Numbered from the stretch's first letter, positions 1-14,264 are shown. The stretch is DNA of 64,000 nucleotides from Lingula anatina (GCA_051362555.1 CM120649.1:19792567-19856566); one strand, 5' to 3'. Made by a program: numbers and translations. The notes: a model not told the origin generated them from the letters alone.

Positions 1-476
1 TTCATCGAATCCTATGTATGGCTTCTTCATCAAGTGCTGTGAAGAAATGATTTCTCACTGTAAGTAGCTGCAGGACATTGTGGCATTTCCCTGAATTATG
101 TATTACCTTTGCGTGTAGCAGGAGAATCTTAGGTGATTTAGTGGAAATTTTTCAATTTGGCAGCCTAATGCCAGACTGCTGTGACATTATCAAGGACATT
201 GGCTGAAGTAATTTATTATAATTAGCAACTTTTCAATTTCCATGCCTTGTTAGACTTTCCTGTCACATTTGTGGCCATTTTGCTGTAAAGAGTGTTAACT
301 AACTTATCTCTATTTAATTTGCTGTCCTGATAGAAGAGGGTTTTGTGTACTTTGTCAATTGGCTAATTGATTCATTAGCAACAATTCAGTTTTGCTGGCT
401 GTAGCTGGTAATCACAGACATGTTCTTCACGGTCAGGGTTATTCATCTTAATAACAATAATAATAAAAAGCAAAGT

Positions 477-668
477 CAGGCTGGTTAGCAGGGGTCTTAG
501 CTGCAATTGGAGAAAAAAACTCTTTTGGCCTGAAAAGGTCCACTGAATTTAAATCAAAATTTGATGAGGGTTCTTTGCCTTTTCTGAAATTGGGGGTGAA
601 AAGATCTTCTCTTTCAGAAAAAGATTGCCCCCCCCCCCTTTTTTTTTTTGTTAATTGCTGTCTGCATG
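477..668. mobile_element. Degenerate copy of the ~170-bp MITE family also at 1029, 17588, 44566 and 59706
   Basis: Shares CAGGC..TAGCAGGGG start, AAAAGGTCCACT, TTTCAGAAAAAGA, C-run and AATTGCTG motifs in the same order as the 59706 copy. Confidence 0.45.
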
Positions 669-940
669 CGCAATTCAACTAGGAAGATAATTTAACAAAG
701 AGAATTGCTGAAGTGGCTGTACATTTTTTTTGTTTGTTTCATTTAAATATCCATAATGTCATAATGTAAATGATGACCATGGACAGCTAACTGTTACCAT
801 GGGCAGCTAACTATTACCAGTATCCAGTGATATATCAACAGCTTGCCTTTTTCAGTTTAATCCACATGTTGCGCTTGTTGAATTGTATTGATTCTCCTGT
901 GGTCTCCAGTGACCTCTGGCAGTCATTATGTTGAGTTGAG

Positions 941-942
<2 letters not shown>

Positions 943-1027
<85 letters not shown>
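943..1027. repeat. (TA)n microsatellite
   Basis: About 42 uninterrupted TA units. Confidence 0.97.
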
Positions 1028-1028
<1 letters not shown>

Positions 1029-1201
1029 CAGGCCCGTAGCCAGCAATCTGAAAAGGAGGTCCTTTTTCTGAAAAGTGGATCTTTTACCATGAAACCTTCA
1101 TGTACTGTACCTATATACAATTTTACCCAGAGGGGACCTTTTCCCAGCAAAAAAAAGGGGGTTCATTTGAACCTCCTGAATCCCATCTGGCTACCGACCT
1201 G
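1029..1201. mobile_element. ~170-bp MITE with imperfect 15-bp TIRs (hAT-like termini)
   Basis: Starts CAGGCCCGTAGCCAG, ends CTGGCTACCGACCTG; internal AAAAGTGGATCTTTTACCATGAAACCTTCA recurs at 44615 and in reverse at ~59805. Confidence 0.75.
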
Positions 1202-1295
1202 TATAGTGAAGAAATTTCAATTCATTCTTCTAAGTAAATTTTGAAATACATTGAGATTGAAAAAAAAGGGGGAAAACAGAACATGAGGTTAGAGA

Positions 1296-1700
1296 TTTTA
1301 TCCCCGCACTTTAGGGACAATTAAGAGTCAAGGATCATGTTATCCCACCCGTCTGTACATCTGTGTGTTAGTAATTTCCCCTATCTCCTCATAGTCCATT
1401 ACAGATAGGACACTGAAACTTTTGGAATTGGTAGACCCATCATCAGGGACGTGCATGGGCAATTTGGAATTTTAGTGCCACAGGGGATTGGGCTGTCCCC
1501 GGGGGGGGGGTTGATTCTAAATTCTTTTCACATAGTAATTTATGCTATCTCCTCCTAGACCATTCAAGTTAGGAAACTGAAACTTTGGGAATTGGTAGAT
1601 CAAAATTTTGGGTACTCTACTATAGTTCCTGTTCCGTGCAGTGAAAGCACCGCATATGCTATAACAATATAATTTCGTGATTACAGAATTGTGTACAGGT
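1296..1700. mobile_element. Probable non-autonomous Helentron/HINE-like element with internal tandem repeat
   Basis: Begins TTTATCCCCGC, short GTCTGT-type tract, and a ~55-bp block (TATCTCCTC..CTGAAACTTT.GGAATTGGTAGA) present twice (~1382, ~1546); architecture typical of invertebrate HINE/pearl-like elements; ends approximate. Confidence 0.45.
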
Positions 1701-1951
1701 CTAAAAGTTTGGTAATTTTTCACCACTGAGAAGATCTAGTCAATACAGTATTCTCGGGTTTGTGGAAACAAATCAGATGGTCCAGCATTATGTGGTTAGA
1801 ACTTGGAGGAATATAGAATGGTTAATTCACCCAAGGTTAAACCTGTGCTAGACAGTTTTGATATCATCTGTTAAGTCAACCGTAAGATTTAAAGAGCAAG
1901 CAGAAGCTAACGTGACACAGCTTTCCTGCTGGAGTATTGATCCCTCCCTGC

Positions 1952-2250
1952 CTGTACTGTACTGTACTGTACTGTACTGTACCACACATTACACTGCAGC
2001 ACTGAATAGGGTCATAATACGGAGAATACTTGGTTGTCATTCAGATTACAATACAATACAATACACACAAGTACTATACAGTGCAATGCCGTGTAATGTA
2101 ATTGCAATACAATGCTACACAATTACCATGAAATATGTAGTAGTACACACAATATACAATGCCAAAGATGTTGTGTGGTATAACTTAATTATTTATTGAT
2201 TCCTTTGTTGCCATTTAACATACAATGCAACACAAAACAATACAGTGTAG
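1952..2250. repeat. Degenerate pentanucleotide simple repeats (TACTG / TACAA)
   Basis: TGTAC x6 at 1952-1982 followed by a decayed ATACA tract. Confidence 0.7.
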
Positions 2251-5200
2251 TAGAGTTACTCCATCTGTAACAGTCTTTGAAAATTGAAAAGTCATTCCAT
2301 ATTCCGCCATACCATACCTTTGAAAAGTCATTTCAGATTCTGCCATACATACCATACCTTTGAGCACTGACTTTCCCTTTGTGTGTGATAGTTATATCTA
2401 CAGTAGATGGTTGACAGGTAGTGATCAAAGGTCATTGAAGAGACACCTTTTTGGTGTCAATTTTTCATGGACAAATTATACTTATCTCTTAAAAAAATTA
2501 TCAAAACATAATCCTTGTCCTTAAGTTTTAGTTCAACATGAAGTGTTTTTTTTTTTTTTATTACACTGAAGGTGTGTTAAAAATTTCACATTTAGTCTTT
2601 TTAAGCATTGGTTAGAGACAATTACTAATAAGGCTTCCCCCAGAGGGCCTTCCAGCCATCATTTGAATGGCCTAGGCCTCTAGAGAGAGCATAATATTCA
2701 AAGACAGCTTACAAAAGTTTTCGGTTTGTTTTTTTCGGTTTGCTTGGGTTGGACTCCCTGTAAATAGATGTCCAAATTACAGACCCACATTTTGGACTCC
2801 CTGTATCCCAAATCCTGGGTAAAGTCCCCCTGCTTAAAGATCATTGTGGCCACTTCATTGATGCAGTTTTCTAATGCTTATGTTCTTGTATTGGATTTAG
2901 ATGAGATTACTGTATCATTCTCATGGGATCTGAGTGAGATTTTTACTGCTCATGCAAACTGAACATCATCAATTTTCTGTTCATTATGGAGCTTGATACA
3001 TAGTGGATGGAGTCAAGGTGGATTGGTAAGTTGATTAAATCGACTCAGGTAAGAAAATGGATGAGGTTATTAGGTTACAGCAACTCCATACATTCACAGT
3101 TGAAAATGTGACTTTTTTTTTGCGTGCCAGCACAAGCCTATAACTAGCCATTTTAAATGAGGAGTTAAATTTCTGAAAAAAAAATGACCTTTTTACCTTT
3201 GTAGTTTAGAAACTGCCTAGAACCTAGAAAACCAGCCCAAAGGATGGTATGTCAGTTCCTCCCACCCCCCACCCCCTCCCCCAACCCCCCCCCTCTCCCC
3301 TGCCTGGATGCCTGCTACATGTGCTCTGTTTATTAATTTATGTCAAAAGTATTATAAGGATGTATTTTATAGCTTATAGAAGATTTACATAGCACATCTC
3401 CAAGACTCAGGAGTTAACTGACTTAAAAAATTGATCACAAATACAAGCTATGCAAAAGATTGCCAAGATTCCCATTTTGAATTATGTATTTAATATAATC
3501 TTTTTTTTTTTTTTTTATTATTTTATTTTAATTATTATTTTATTTATTTATTTATTTATTATTATTATTTTTTGTCACTCTACGCTATTTTCTCTCTTGG
3601 CTGCTGTTGTAGAAATCATTTTATTCTTATCCTGCTATTATTGGACTCCTTGTATCCACCTCTCTGGTGTATTACTATATCCTTTGAACTTGATATAACA
3701 AAAGCCGTCCTTTAGCTTACAATAAGTCGATATAAAAAACGGGCTTAAAATAGTAAAAAAAGTAGTCCAAGTTGCCAATTTCTCATGTTTGTGACCTCGT
3801 GATAATCTATAAATGTAATTACAATGTGGCTGTTCTTATTGATCTGTCATTGCAAAGAGTCTAATCATTACACCATCATTAGACTTATTTCAGATCTCAC
3901 ATTGAAATTGATGTGCTATATATAGCCTGAGCTAAATTGACTGCAAATTGTCAATATTTCTTATGTGCATTGTCACCTTCCAGGTCTTGTGATAACAGTA
4001 CATTAAAAAAAAGAAAGAAAGAAGGGGATAAAAAGACTTTAAAAAATGCAATTTTTCGTGAAATTGGTGTCAAACTATTTTTTTTTCTTTTTTTTTTTTC
4101 GCTATCTCAAGCCTTTTATTTAAAAGAAAAGTTGACTTTTTTTTTTAATTCCCAGACATGAGCCAAGAAGTGAGGTTTGGGAATGCCAAACCTGTTGTTC
4201 CATTTAGGTACGATTTATCTTAGAATAAATTTATATTTGAAGAGCTTTTGGTCCTTTTCCTTCTGTACAGGGATTAATAGTCCTTTTTAAAACAATGATT
4301 TGCTGATGGCTTCATCAGTGGTTGAATGTACAGTTGAATTTATAGTTTAATTTAACACTGACTCCTACATAAACTTCAGTCTCTCTGTGGTATATATCCA
4401 ACCTCTAACATCCACTTGACTTCAACTGCACTGGCTTTATTAGCTGTGGAATAACGATGACCTTTTCAGCGTTGTCTCTGACATTCAGTGATAAGAGGGA
4501 ACATCAATGGCAAGTGACAGTGGAGATGAGGCCTGTTCTCTGCCAGAGAATATGGAATTACCTACAGTAATACACAGTTTGATCTGAGATTTGTTTGATT
4601 GAATTGACCTGAAATATATCAGTGGTAGGCATATTCAGATGATTGATTTATTCAAATTGATGTTGAATGCAAGCACCAAATGTAATTGTTTTTTATTCTT
4701 TCTTAACATTTAATTTGAGTACTATGTGTAGTATGTGTGGGGATATTGAATATTGTAGAATCCCAGTAGAGAGAGAGAGTGAAGACACTTGTAAGGGGTC
4801 ATGCAGAATGGAAGATCCAAGTATCAACTGGTCCAAGGATCAAATATGGCGAACCCCACATGAAAGAAAGACTACCTAATCCTGTAATGGTCTCTCCTCC
4901 TCTCACATGCCTCCCCACCTGTCCAGTCAAATGGAGCTAAGATTTAATTACTGTGCCCCTGCAGGGACAATGGGTGGGGAGGTGTGTGAGAAGTGGAGAG
5001 ACCATAACAGGATTAAGCGGTATTTCTTTCATGTAGGGTCAGCCATATTTGATCCTTGGACCAGTTGGTACTCGGATCTTCTATTCTAAATGGCCTTAAA
5101 GTCTTCATGTGATATAATACTTGCAGTAGTAAACTACAAGTTAAGCTTGGCAGGGACTGTAGATGCCATTACCCGTCTTTATTGATTATGGCCCTAGGAC

Positions 5201-7855
5201 CTGTTAAAGTAATTATCATGAGAGAAGAATTTTCCAGCTAGTGCATCTGTGATGCAAGTTTACCTAATAATTACCTAATTGGTCATGTTTGGTTTATCGA
5301 CCCTCCGGTCTAATTTAATTACTTCAAAAAAAATGCCAGCTTGTGGAATCCTTAACAGTGTAGACGAAAGAAAAAACAACTGGTTTTCGAGAGGCTGAGA
5401 GCATCTCCCTGAGGAACACTGGCTCATTAGCTTGACGTCATTTGCAGGGCTTAATGAAGGTAATCAATAACAATCTAATTAATTATCAACTTTGCTGTTT
5501 TACACCTGCCTCCCCCTCCCCCCCCCCTCCCCCCCCCCCCCCCCCCCCCCCCATCACCACCACCACCACCACCAAGGAGTAGGGGATACATTTTTTGGCC
5601 CATCTGTCAACATCTGTTAACAGAATGAATACTTGTACATACAATAGGCATATCTTATGTCAATAACAGCTTTAATCCTTCTGATATATTGGATGGGTGC
5701 TGAACAGGGTCGATTGATTAATATTTGGAAGATAATTGGTCCAAGATATGGATTTAGGAAGTTTTTGAAGATTTGTACTTACAACAAATGACTTGATGGG
5801 GTTAATTATTTGTATCACCAGTGAGTAGAGTTGATGAACAATCCTGTTACGAACCTTCCAGGCTACAACCAATATATATCCAGATAAATAAATAAAAAGC
5901 ATCAGCTTGTACCTCAGAGGTAATACAATTGTTTTCCATTAACCTTGGCTCCAAATACATGTCATATACTGAGTACATGTGTCCACTTGCCTTAATTGTT
6001 GTCTGTTTATGATTATCTTTATATGACAACAGTTATTGATTTGTCAGGATTAGGTTGAGTGTTTCCCTTTGTATTCTAGTACTTGTCTCTTACCACGGTG
6101 GACAGATACATTATCAAGGCATTTACATGGCTTGCTTTTGTGGTAAATATAGACAAATAAAAGACCGCATTTAGCACCATTTTACTAAACCTGGTTTTAG
6201 ACTTGATTTCAGGAGGCAGTTGATTTGACTGCTAGACTGTATGGCACTGGAAACATCTTCAGAGCACTGTCACTGAGGTGGTTGTAATGAATTAAGCACA
6301 ATACTGAATGTGATTAAGAAAATTGAAAAAAAAATTTAGTTTTCATAAGACCAAAGCTTATTTATTTAGCATTAAACTTTGTGTATGCTTGTAGTGTGAG
6401 GTGTAGATGGATGCTGACCATTTTCTTTCAGGGTAACATGTTTTTATCCTGAAATGTATCAGTACTTGCGCTGTAGATTTAGGTCAGTAATTCCCCAAAG
6501 TCAAAGACACACATCAGGAGCTGATCCAGAGAGATTTAATCTGACTGTCTTCTGGGTCTTCAATTTGCCCCTGTACATGCATTTAAGCCATGAACTGAGG
6601 TACAGTTTAGAGGTTGCTAGGTTGATATAAGGTCCATGTTATAATTATGCCCAACTCTCTCTCTCTCTCTCTTGTCCCTGCTATGTGAAGTTTGATCCAA
6701 GCAAGCACGCTTCATTGTTTATACAGCTTGGTAAAGAGAGTTCTGTGCTGCCAGCTGCAGGCTCACACACACACACTGCACTTGTCAGTCACTGGAAACT
6801 TCAGGTGTGTTTCCACTGGAGATGGGCTGTTTTTTACTTAATTAGTACAGCAATCTATGTCAGTGTGTTTCCACATTATGAGTAGAGTAAATGTATCTAT
6901 AGTAATTTCTCTGTTGTCCCACCTGCCATTGTAACTGATATATAAATATATTACATTGCCTTTCTGTGGTGAACTAATTTCATGATTTGGGTTGTACATT
7001 AATATTAGGTTGGCTGTCATTGTAAGGAAGGCATTAAGTTAGTTGATATTACATTGCCTTTCCATGGTGAAGTAATCATAACCAGGTGGCCAGATGAAAT
7101 GGGGTATCTGACTGATATATTAATTAGGCTGACCCATCTTTATACACCTGGAACTGGCCTTAAGTAAATAGAATTCCAAGGGTTACTGGGTATAGAGGTC
7201 ATCTAAGTTTACAGCATCCACCCTGACATTCTGAGAGTGTTCCCTCGGATGATATTTGAAAACTCTGTAACTTGGGCTGTTAGAGAACCAGCACAAGCTT
7301 TGATACAATGAATAACAACACATATAAGTGTGGGCAAAGATGTTTATTCAGATTAGAATTTGAGCCACATCAGTGATAAATTTAATTTAATATTTGTATC
7401 AAGTCCTTAAACATATTTTCTCAAGGATTTGTCAGAATGTTATATCCTGGTATGAATTTTATGGTTATTTATCAGGCTTACCTGTAAGAATGGTTTATAA
7501 GTCATCACTCAGCATATGGCAGATATAAAGGGCAAAGTGTTAGGCATATTTTAAGGGTCGGTTAATGTGTTACAGTTCCTGTCAATTCTTATTTCTTGTG
7601 CATGCTAACTATGTGAGATTAAGCATGCTATTTACTATAGCATAGGTATAATAATCTCTCTCTTTCTCTCTCTCTCTTTCTTATGCATTTTTGGCAAATG
7701 ACCTGGAAAATGCAGGAGCAGGACAAGTTTTTGACACTCACCCGGGCAGTCTGTGTTCTTATATATATGCATATTTTCAGGAAGTAGAATATATGAAAAC
7801 TATTGTTCCTAAAAAAAAAAAGAATTGAAATAAAAGTGTGAGATATTTTTTTCAG

Positions 7856-8170
7856 ATTTTTCTGCTGGCCGCCCCTTCCAACAAGTACGTGACCACTGTA
7901 TTCCGTCTACACATGTACGCATTTCACGGCGCAACCCTTGCCATGTTACTTCCTGTTACGAACACAAGACTGGTAAGGATATTTCCTATGGCACAATTAG
8001 AATTAAAGCAGTCACAGAGAGCAAACCTTTGCCAGTTAATTGGCAGTTCAGTTCTCTTTAATAATTAATCTATCAATCAACTATGAGATCATCACCATAA
8101 TGATAATGTGATGGGTTCTAAAATAACCCAATTCTGACCTTTCCTTGAAATTTTATCAATATTTGCGTTA

Positions 8171-8207
<37 letters not shown>

Positions 8208-9765
8208 TTAGTTAGGCTTTGAACTGAACCACTAACTTAGGTCTTCTGAATGTCTCAGATAACCTTAGTGGATATTTGACATTGTAACATACCAGAGACC
8301 TGTTCAGAGTAAGAGCCACTCCTTTCTTCTCCCCTTTCAGCTGCCATTTGAGACAGAGGTCTATTACGTGCAACATATACTGATGTTGCTGGTACCGTAT
8401 TTTCTTATGAGAGAAAGGGGTAAGTTTTTATGGTCAAGTCTTGTTATTTTGATATTAAAATAGCTTATATTATCTAAGGGAAAAATGTATGAATAGAGGG
8501 GAAAAAATGTGCACATCAAAAAGTTTATTCTCTTTCATCTAGTTTGATATACACATTTATAAGTTTGTGAAAGCAGTAAATAAATACATATTCAATCAAT
8601 AGCTTATATTGAAGTGTTTTCCATCTCCAATATTTTGGTGTCAGTTAAGAGCGTCATCCATAGGGAATGAGGCTATCCAGAGGAATAGACTCTATTTTTG
8701 AAATTTCCCTTGCAACTTACATAATGTCTCTGATATAAGCAGTGTATTTTCAGTTCTTTCTGTATACATTGGAATGCTGTAACCACCAGTTCATGAGTTG
8801 GCACTATCCACCTGGGGTGATCCTCATGGCTGGAAAGTAGCCATGTTTTAATTTAAAAAATGAATTTTATAGCACAAAGATAATTCTGATAGATATTCTA
8901 GGTTCAAAAGGTAACTGAGGCACTTTCAAATATTTGGGGAACCTGGATTTTAATGATTGGATTTTGTGCAATTCATTATCCACATAGGCATGTGTGCACA
9001 TATGTATACATACAATCACATACACGTTATAGCATCATTAATATGACATTAATTATTTTAATATTTCAGGTCCTTACCTCACAGAACCTATATCTGATAT
9101 ATGGTGGCCCCTTATGGCTCTGGGAATTCTGTATTTTTGGCACTTTGGACCACTCCACTATATAGCTTATGTAAGTTCTACTGCCTGCTGACTGTATGGA
9201 ATGTTGAGTTTTGGAAAATGAAGAAAAAAAATATCATAGGAATTTCTTGTCATTTGTGTAAGAAAGTCTTCACATGCATGCATTCACATTAACATGCACA
9301 CACTCTTCAACATGCACGAATTTACACATGTAGACCCACCTATTCATATGAACACACACAATCACATAAACACATTCACACACACACACACACACACGCA
9401 CATTCACACACAGCTAACCTGATCAGTATACACTATGTCCAGCAACAAGTCATATCACCTTCTCTCTAGAGACAGGGGTACCATGGAGTTTGAAGAATTC
9501 CTAGCTCTTTCTCACATTTTCTCGCACTCTGTGTTTCCAGCTTTCTCAGGTGAACCTGAACAACATGCTGTGTCCAGCCATCAGTGACCCGTTCTATGGG
9601 CCACGCTACAGGTGGTGGGCCATGGGGCACCAGGTGCTGATGATCCCCCTCCATGCCAAGGTGTACACCTATGTGGCCAACCTCCTTCTGCCCAGCAGCA
9701 CTCAGGACTCCCACAGGGGCAGGGGGGACAGCCTTGGCTCCAACGGACATGCTAAGATGAACTGA
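7856..9765 (+). CDS. TMEM164: Transmembrane protein 164, last four coding exons (first coding exon lies upstream of the window)
   Basis: GT-AG exons 7856-7972, 8341-8419, 9070-9170, 9541-9765 join in frame: [130 protein letters not shown]...; NTRLLPFE and [18 protein letters not shown] match the TMEM164 family. Confidence 0.92.
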
Positions 9766-9789
9766 AGACAGGGGCGGAGGATTGTAGAA

Positions 9790-10260
9790 GATGTAGAACT
9801 GATAGCAGGATGTTGAACTCATACCAGGATGTAGAATTGATACCAGGATGTTGAATTCATACCATGATGTTGAATTCATACCATGATGTTGAACTCATAC
9901 CATGATGTTGAATTGATACCATGATGTTGAACTGGTACAAAGATGTTGGACTGGTACCAGGATGTTGGACTAATACCAGGATGTTGGACTGGTACCAGGA
10001 TGTTGAATTCATACCATGATGTTGAATTCATACCAGGATGTTGGACTGGTACCAGGATGTTGAATTCATACCATGATGTTGAATTCATACCAGGATGTTG
10101 GACTGGTACCAGGATGTTGAATTCATACCATGATGTTGAATTCATACCAGGATGTTGGACTGGTACCAGGATGTTCAAGGCTTTTTTTCTGAAATGAATT
10201 GATACCAGTGAATAAACCTGATCAAAATGATCAATAACTGTGCTAATTAACTGATACCAG
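9790..10260. repeat. Minisatellite at the start of the TMEM164 3'UTR: 19-bp monomers in a 57-bp higher-order unit
   Basis: Monomers CCAGGATGTTGGACTGGTA / CCAGGATGTTGAATTCATA / CCATGATGTTGAATTCATA cycle about four times, with degenerate flanks. Confidence 0.93.
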
Positions 10261-11525
10261 TGAATGCAGCAGTTTGTGGGAAGGTGGTAGGCATGCTTTG
10301 ATACTACTTAAAACAATATGTGATGTGATTCAGTGAACTGCAGCCACAGAAGAGGTACAGTCCAGATCTGTTGACATGGTTGGGTGCTGCTGGTATAAAA
10401 GAGTTTGGGCACAGGGCAGTGACAGACATGCTGAAGTGATCAGTCACCAGTGAGAAGACTTGTCCACTTGGCAGAGAAAAAGGAGACCTTGTTAGAAGTG
10501 AGCAGAAGAGTGGATTGTGTGATGTTTCATAGACATGTTAAAATGTCCTGTCTGTGTTTTTTTTTTTTTTTTTTTTTTTTGTCTTGTCCTGGATATGAAA
10601 GCTATGGATGTATACAACAATATTGAAGACCCACAGCATCAAGAAGATTGATACTATTTACGTGGGGGGTTTGTGGACTGTCAATATTATTAATGATTTT
10701 GGGATATGAAAAATTGATGCAATAGCCACAGTTACCAGAACTAAGCTTGGGGTATATTGCTTTTTGAGATTGACGGCTTTGGAATATCAAGTTAATGGAG
10801 CATTTATTACAGATTGATGATACCAGTGTAGATAAAATGAAAATTAAACTACTTGCTGCTGAAATATGAAGAGAAATTGAGCCCAGATCATTCATCTAAA
10901 GTGGATACTATCAATGTCATGGAAAACACTGTAAAGTGAGAAGTAGATCTGAGATGAATCCAGCCCTATTATTTCTCCATCCAGTGGTTTCATAGAGGAT
11001 AAAAACTAGTCGATAATGAGAGGAGGGAAGGGGGGGGGAGTATGTGAACATGTGTGCTTTCTCCACATAGTGAGCAGAACTTACACAGCACTGTCTCTGT
11101 TTGAGGAATGTGTACAGAGGAAAAATGTTCAGTTCACAGTTGAATAAGTTAGATAACGAATGCAGAGAGAGTATCAGTGTCAGTCATCTTAGAGAGAGAG
11201 GTACTGTGAAGGCACAGTGGTTGTATGTGAGGGATACACCCTACTTACACATGGTATATTAATGTGGAATATGTGCAATGCTTTGACTGGCTGTTCTGAC
11301 AGGCCACCAGAGAGAGCATCTGAGATTGATCCTTCACTATAATAAGCATAATGTTAAGAATGAAAATAAAAAAATAAAATAAACATTTCCAATTCTTGTG
11401 CCAAGAAAACTAACCTTGAGAAATTCATAATGCGAACAATTTTATTTTATTTTTTAAGTCCCTTTAAAGGAACAAATGATTGTGATGTTGTATGGTACAT
11501 TGTTAGCAAATGTAATCAATTTACT

Positions 11526-11762
11526 TTGGAACTGCTACTACTGCGAGTAAGGATATCATATTGTACAAGTCACCCTGCTACACTGGAACTGCTGCTACAT
11601 ATTTTATTAACATTACTTTTATCAAGTTACTAGAAGTGCTACTACATGTTGTAAGGATGTTACCATATAGGAATCATCCTGCAAAACTGAAACTGCTACT
11701 ACACACTCTAAGGTGATAACCACATAGAAGTCATCCTGCAACTCTGGAACTGCTACTACACC
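11526..11762. repeat. Old degenerate ~55-bp tandem repeat
   Basis: Core CTGGAACTGCTACTAC recurs five times with AGTCATCCTGC-like blocks between. Confidence 0.7.
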
Positions 11763-13209
11763 TACATGGGTCTCAGTCTGCTATATGTATGAAGATCATC
11801 CATCAGTCACATATAACATTCAGTTATGGTTTAAGACAAACAGTGTGTGTGTTTGTTTAGTAAGTCCTCCTGCCACAAGTCCTGCATCTAGTATTTATTT
11901 AATTAAATACTATGTCCCAGTTATTGATTTACTGATATGAAAAGATCTGTAAACTTGGTTTATTTTGAGGATCATTCATGTAGTAAATATATACAGTAGA
12001 AAGATTCAATCACTTCTGAAGTGTATTTCAGCTGGGTTGATTCAGCCAGGATTTGGCATCTTCATAAGCTACTTAATGCTTTGTAATACCAAGGAGGTAC
12101 AGAAATGAAGCCAACTTTACAATGGGCATAAATGATCAAATTTTCCAATACATAATTTTAATTTTATAATCGTATTTCTGTGCACAGGAAAGCTTTACTT
12201 GCACACAAGGTAAAGTGTTGACCAGCACATCCATGAGCCAAGAATTGCGTTAAAGGGCATGCTTTAGCCTCGATTTCTCTCCTCTATATAGTGATTAAGT
12301 ATCAAATGTTTTGATACTAATCCTGAAATTGTTAGTGATGTTTACATAATACATTGTTGTTGTGAGTATATTTTTATCATTATAGAAATTGTTCTGTATT
12401 AAGCAGAATGTGAACGAGCCAGTTTTCACAATTGTATTTGAAAGTACTTTAGTTAACGCTGTTCCCTGGTTCTTGTTGGAAGCACAGGTAACTGTTCACT
12501 CCAGAGAAAGGTTAGGGTGTTCACAGGTGAGGAACAGTGTCCTCATTAATACTCTCAAGGATATTGGGTGGCCAGTTCATTTAGTTAATGGCTGGGACAG
12601 ACATGTCAGTATTCCAAAGGTGGTAGTTAAGACTTAATATATAAATATTGTTCACCCATTCTTTTATCATGATAATTTACTTTGTCACCAAAAAGTTATG
12701 CTTTAATTGGACAATTTATTGTTTATTTGGTAAGAAAATTGTAGTTATTTGGTCAAAACCAGCCATCACTATAGAGTGACTTTGGGTGATGTTGATCATT
12801 TCTCTTCCTTGTTAAATCTTGTCTCCAAAGGAAACCTGTTCTCACTTATAACTTCATCATTGCTTCCTGTAACATTTATCTAGATGTTCTCATTCAATTA
12901 ATAACCAAAAGGTGAGGTGTTTGTTTGTTTTTTTTTGTTTGTTTGTTCATCTTAGTCTTTCCTCTACGCATTATTACATAATAAACTATGCTCATAAGTA
13001 TATATATAATATGTCATTATATAGTTCTCAAGATTTAAGATTTATTCTATATCATGTTCAGTAAATACATTGTGTTTGTACATGTATATCTAGTCTCCAT
13101 AAGGCATAATGATAATACTTGTAGTGGTGTCATGTGTCATGCAATATGTTAATATACAGTGTATGTGTGGAGCAGCTAGGTATACCTGTGTATATTGTAC
13201 TGGAATAAG

Positions 13210-13424
13210 AGGGCATTTCCAGAGATTTAGATCAATCTTACTAGATCGACCTAACTCCCTGGGGGTTCACGCTAAATTGCAGTCTGCCGAGCGCGCACGA
13301 CAGTTAATTACCCCCTTACAGCTTGTAGTAGGCGGGAAGGACATTTAAGCCGGATTATCTGACAGTGATCTAGTGAGACTCCCCACGGGGATAGATCGAT
13401 CTAAAGTCTATGGGAATGCGCCCT
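13210..13424. mobile_element. ~215-bp foldback MITE
   Basis: Termini AGGGCATTTCCAGAGATTTAGATCAATCT and AGATCGATCTAAAGTCTATGGGAATGCGCCCT are imperfect inverted repeats; CpG-richer than flanks. Confidence 0.65.
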
Positions 13425-14004
13425 AAGAGAGTAGGCAATGTGCTCTTGTTTACTTCACATCCTGTGGGTTTGTGCTGTTGTCTCTGTAATGGGAGACTGA
13501 GAGCAGGAGTCATGTTATCCTATAAATAATAATGGCTTGAAGTCTTGCGTATACAGGGATTGCCAAAGTTTTAATTGTGTAATGTAGCCATGGAGACACA
13601 GAAGATAATGAGTGCAAAATTAGTCTTGTGGAAAATTGTTTTAGTACGACCTTAAAAGAACTTTTTAATAAATCAGTCACTTTTTTCAACAGTATTTAAT
13701 TGGAACGAAAGGCTATCCATGTATCTGATACATTTTTTTCTGAAAATGTGCTTTTTAACTTGATGTGCAAATAGGGTATTTTTTTCCTTTTGGTGCAAAA
13801 CAAAACCTCTTATAATTTTCTTTCTTGTTTTTAGTTAGTGCATAATACATGTGTTATTTTGTTATTATCCATCTGAAGGTGCTGTACGTATTGACAGTTC
13901 AGTTAAGTTATAAACGGTTCCCTCTCAAATGCAGTATTATATTTATTGGATCACTACAATCAGTTTAACCCTTTAATGCTTGTACCCTCACTGCTTGTCA
14001 GCCT

Positions 14005-14264
14005 TGGGACCATTCCCAGACCATATCGTTCTAACTGTGGATCGATCTATCTCCAAGGCAATTCTCGCTAAATTGCAAGCAACTGAAGCGGCTTAGATGT
14101 CTGTCATGCCTAGAAAATCTGCTAAGGGGTAATTAATTATCATTTAGTAGCTTCAGTAGACATGACAGACATCTAAGCCGCTTGAGCTGAGAGCAATTTA
14201 GCGAGAAACCCCTCAGAGATGGATCGATCCTATTAGCTTGATCAAGATATGGGACCCAGTCCTA
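14005..14264. mobile_element. ~260-bp foldback MITE related to the 13210 element, in opposite orientation
   Basis: ~70-bp arms GGATCGATC..TCTCGCTAAATTGC..AAGCGGCTTAGATGTCTGTCATG and its reverse complement; CGGCTTA.ATGTC, AAGGGGTAATTAA and GCAATTTAGCG match the reverse strand of 13210-13424. Confidence 0.7.

Noticed and set aside
1-65. Short open frame (SSNPMYGFFIKCCEEMISH) ending at CACT/GTAAGT as a possible TMEM164 exon
   Set aside because: No resemblance to the expected preceding TMEM164 sequence (LLNPCH motif) and its phase 1 end does not fit the phase 0 exon at 7856
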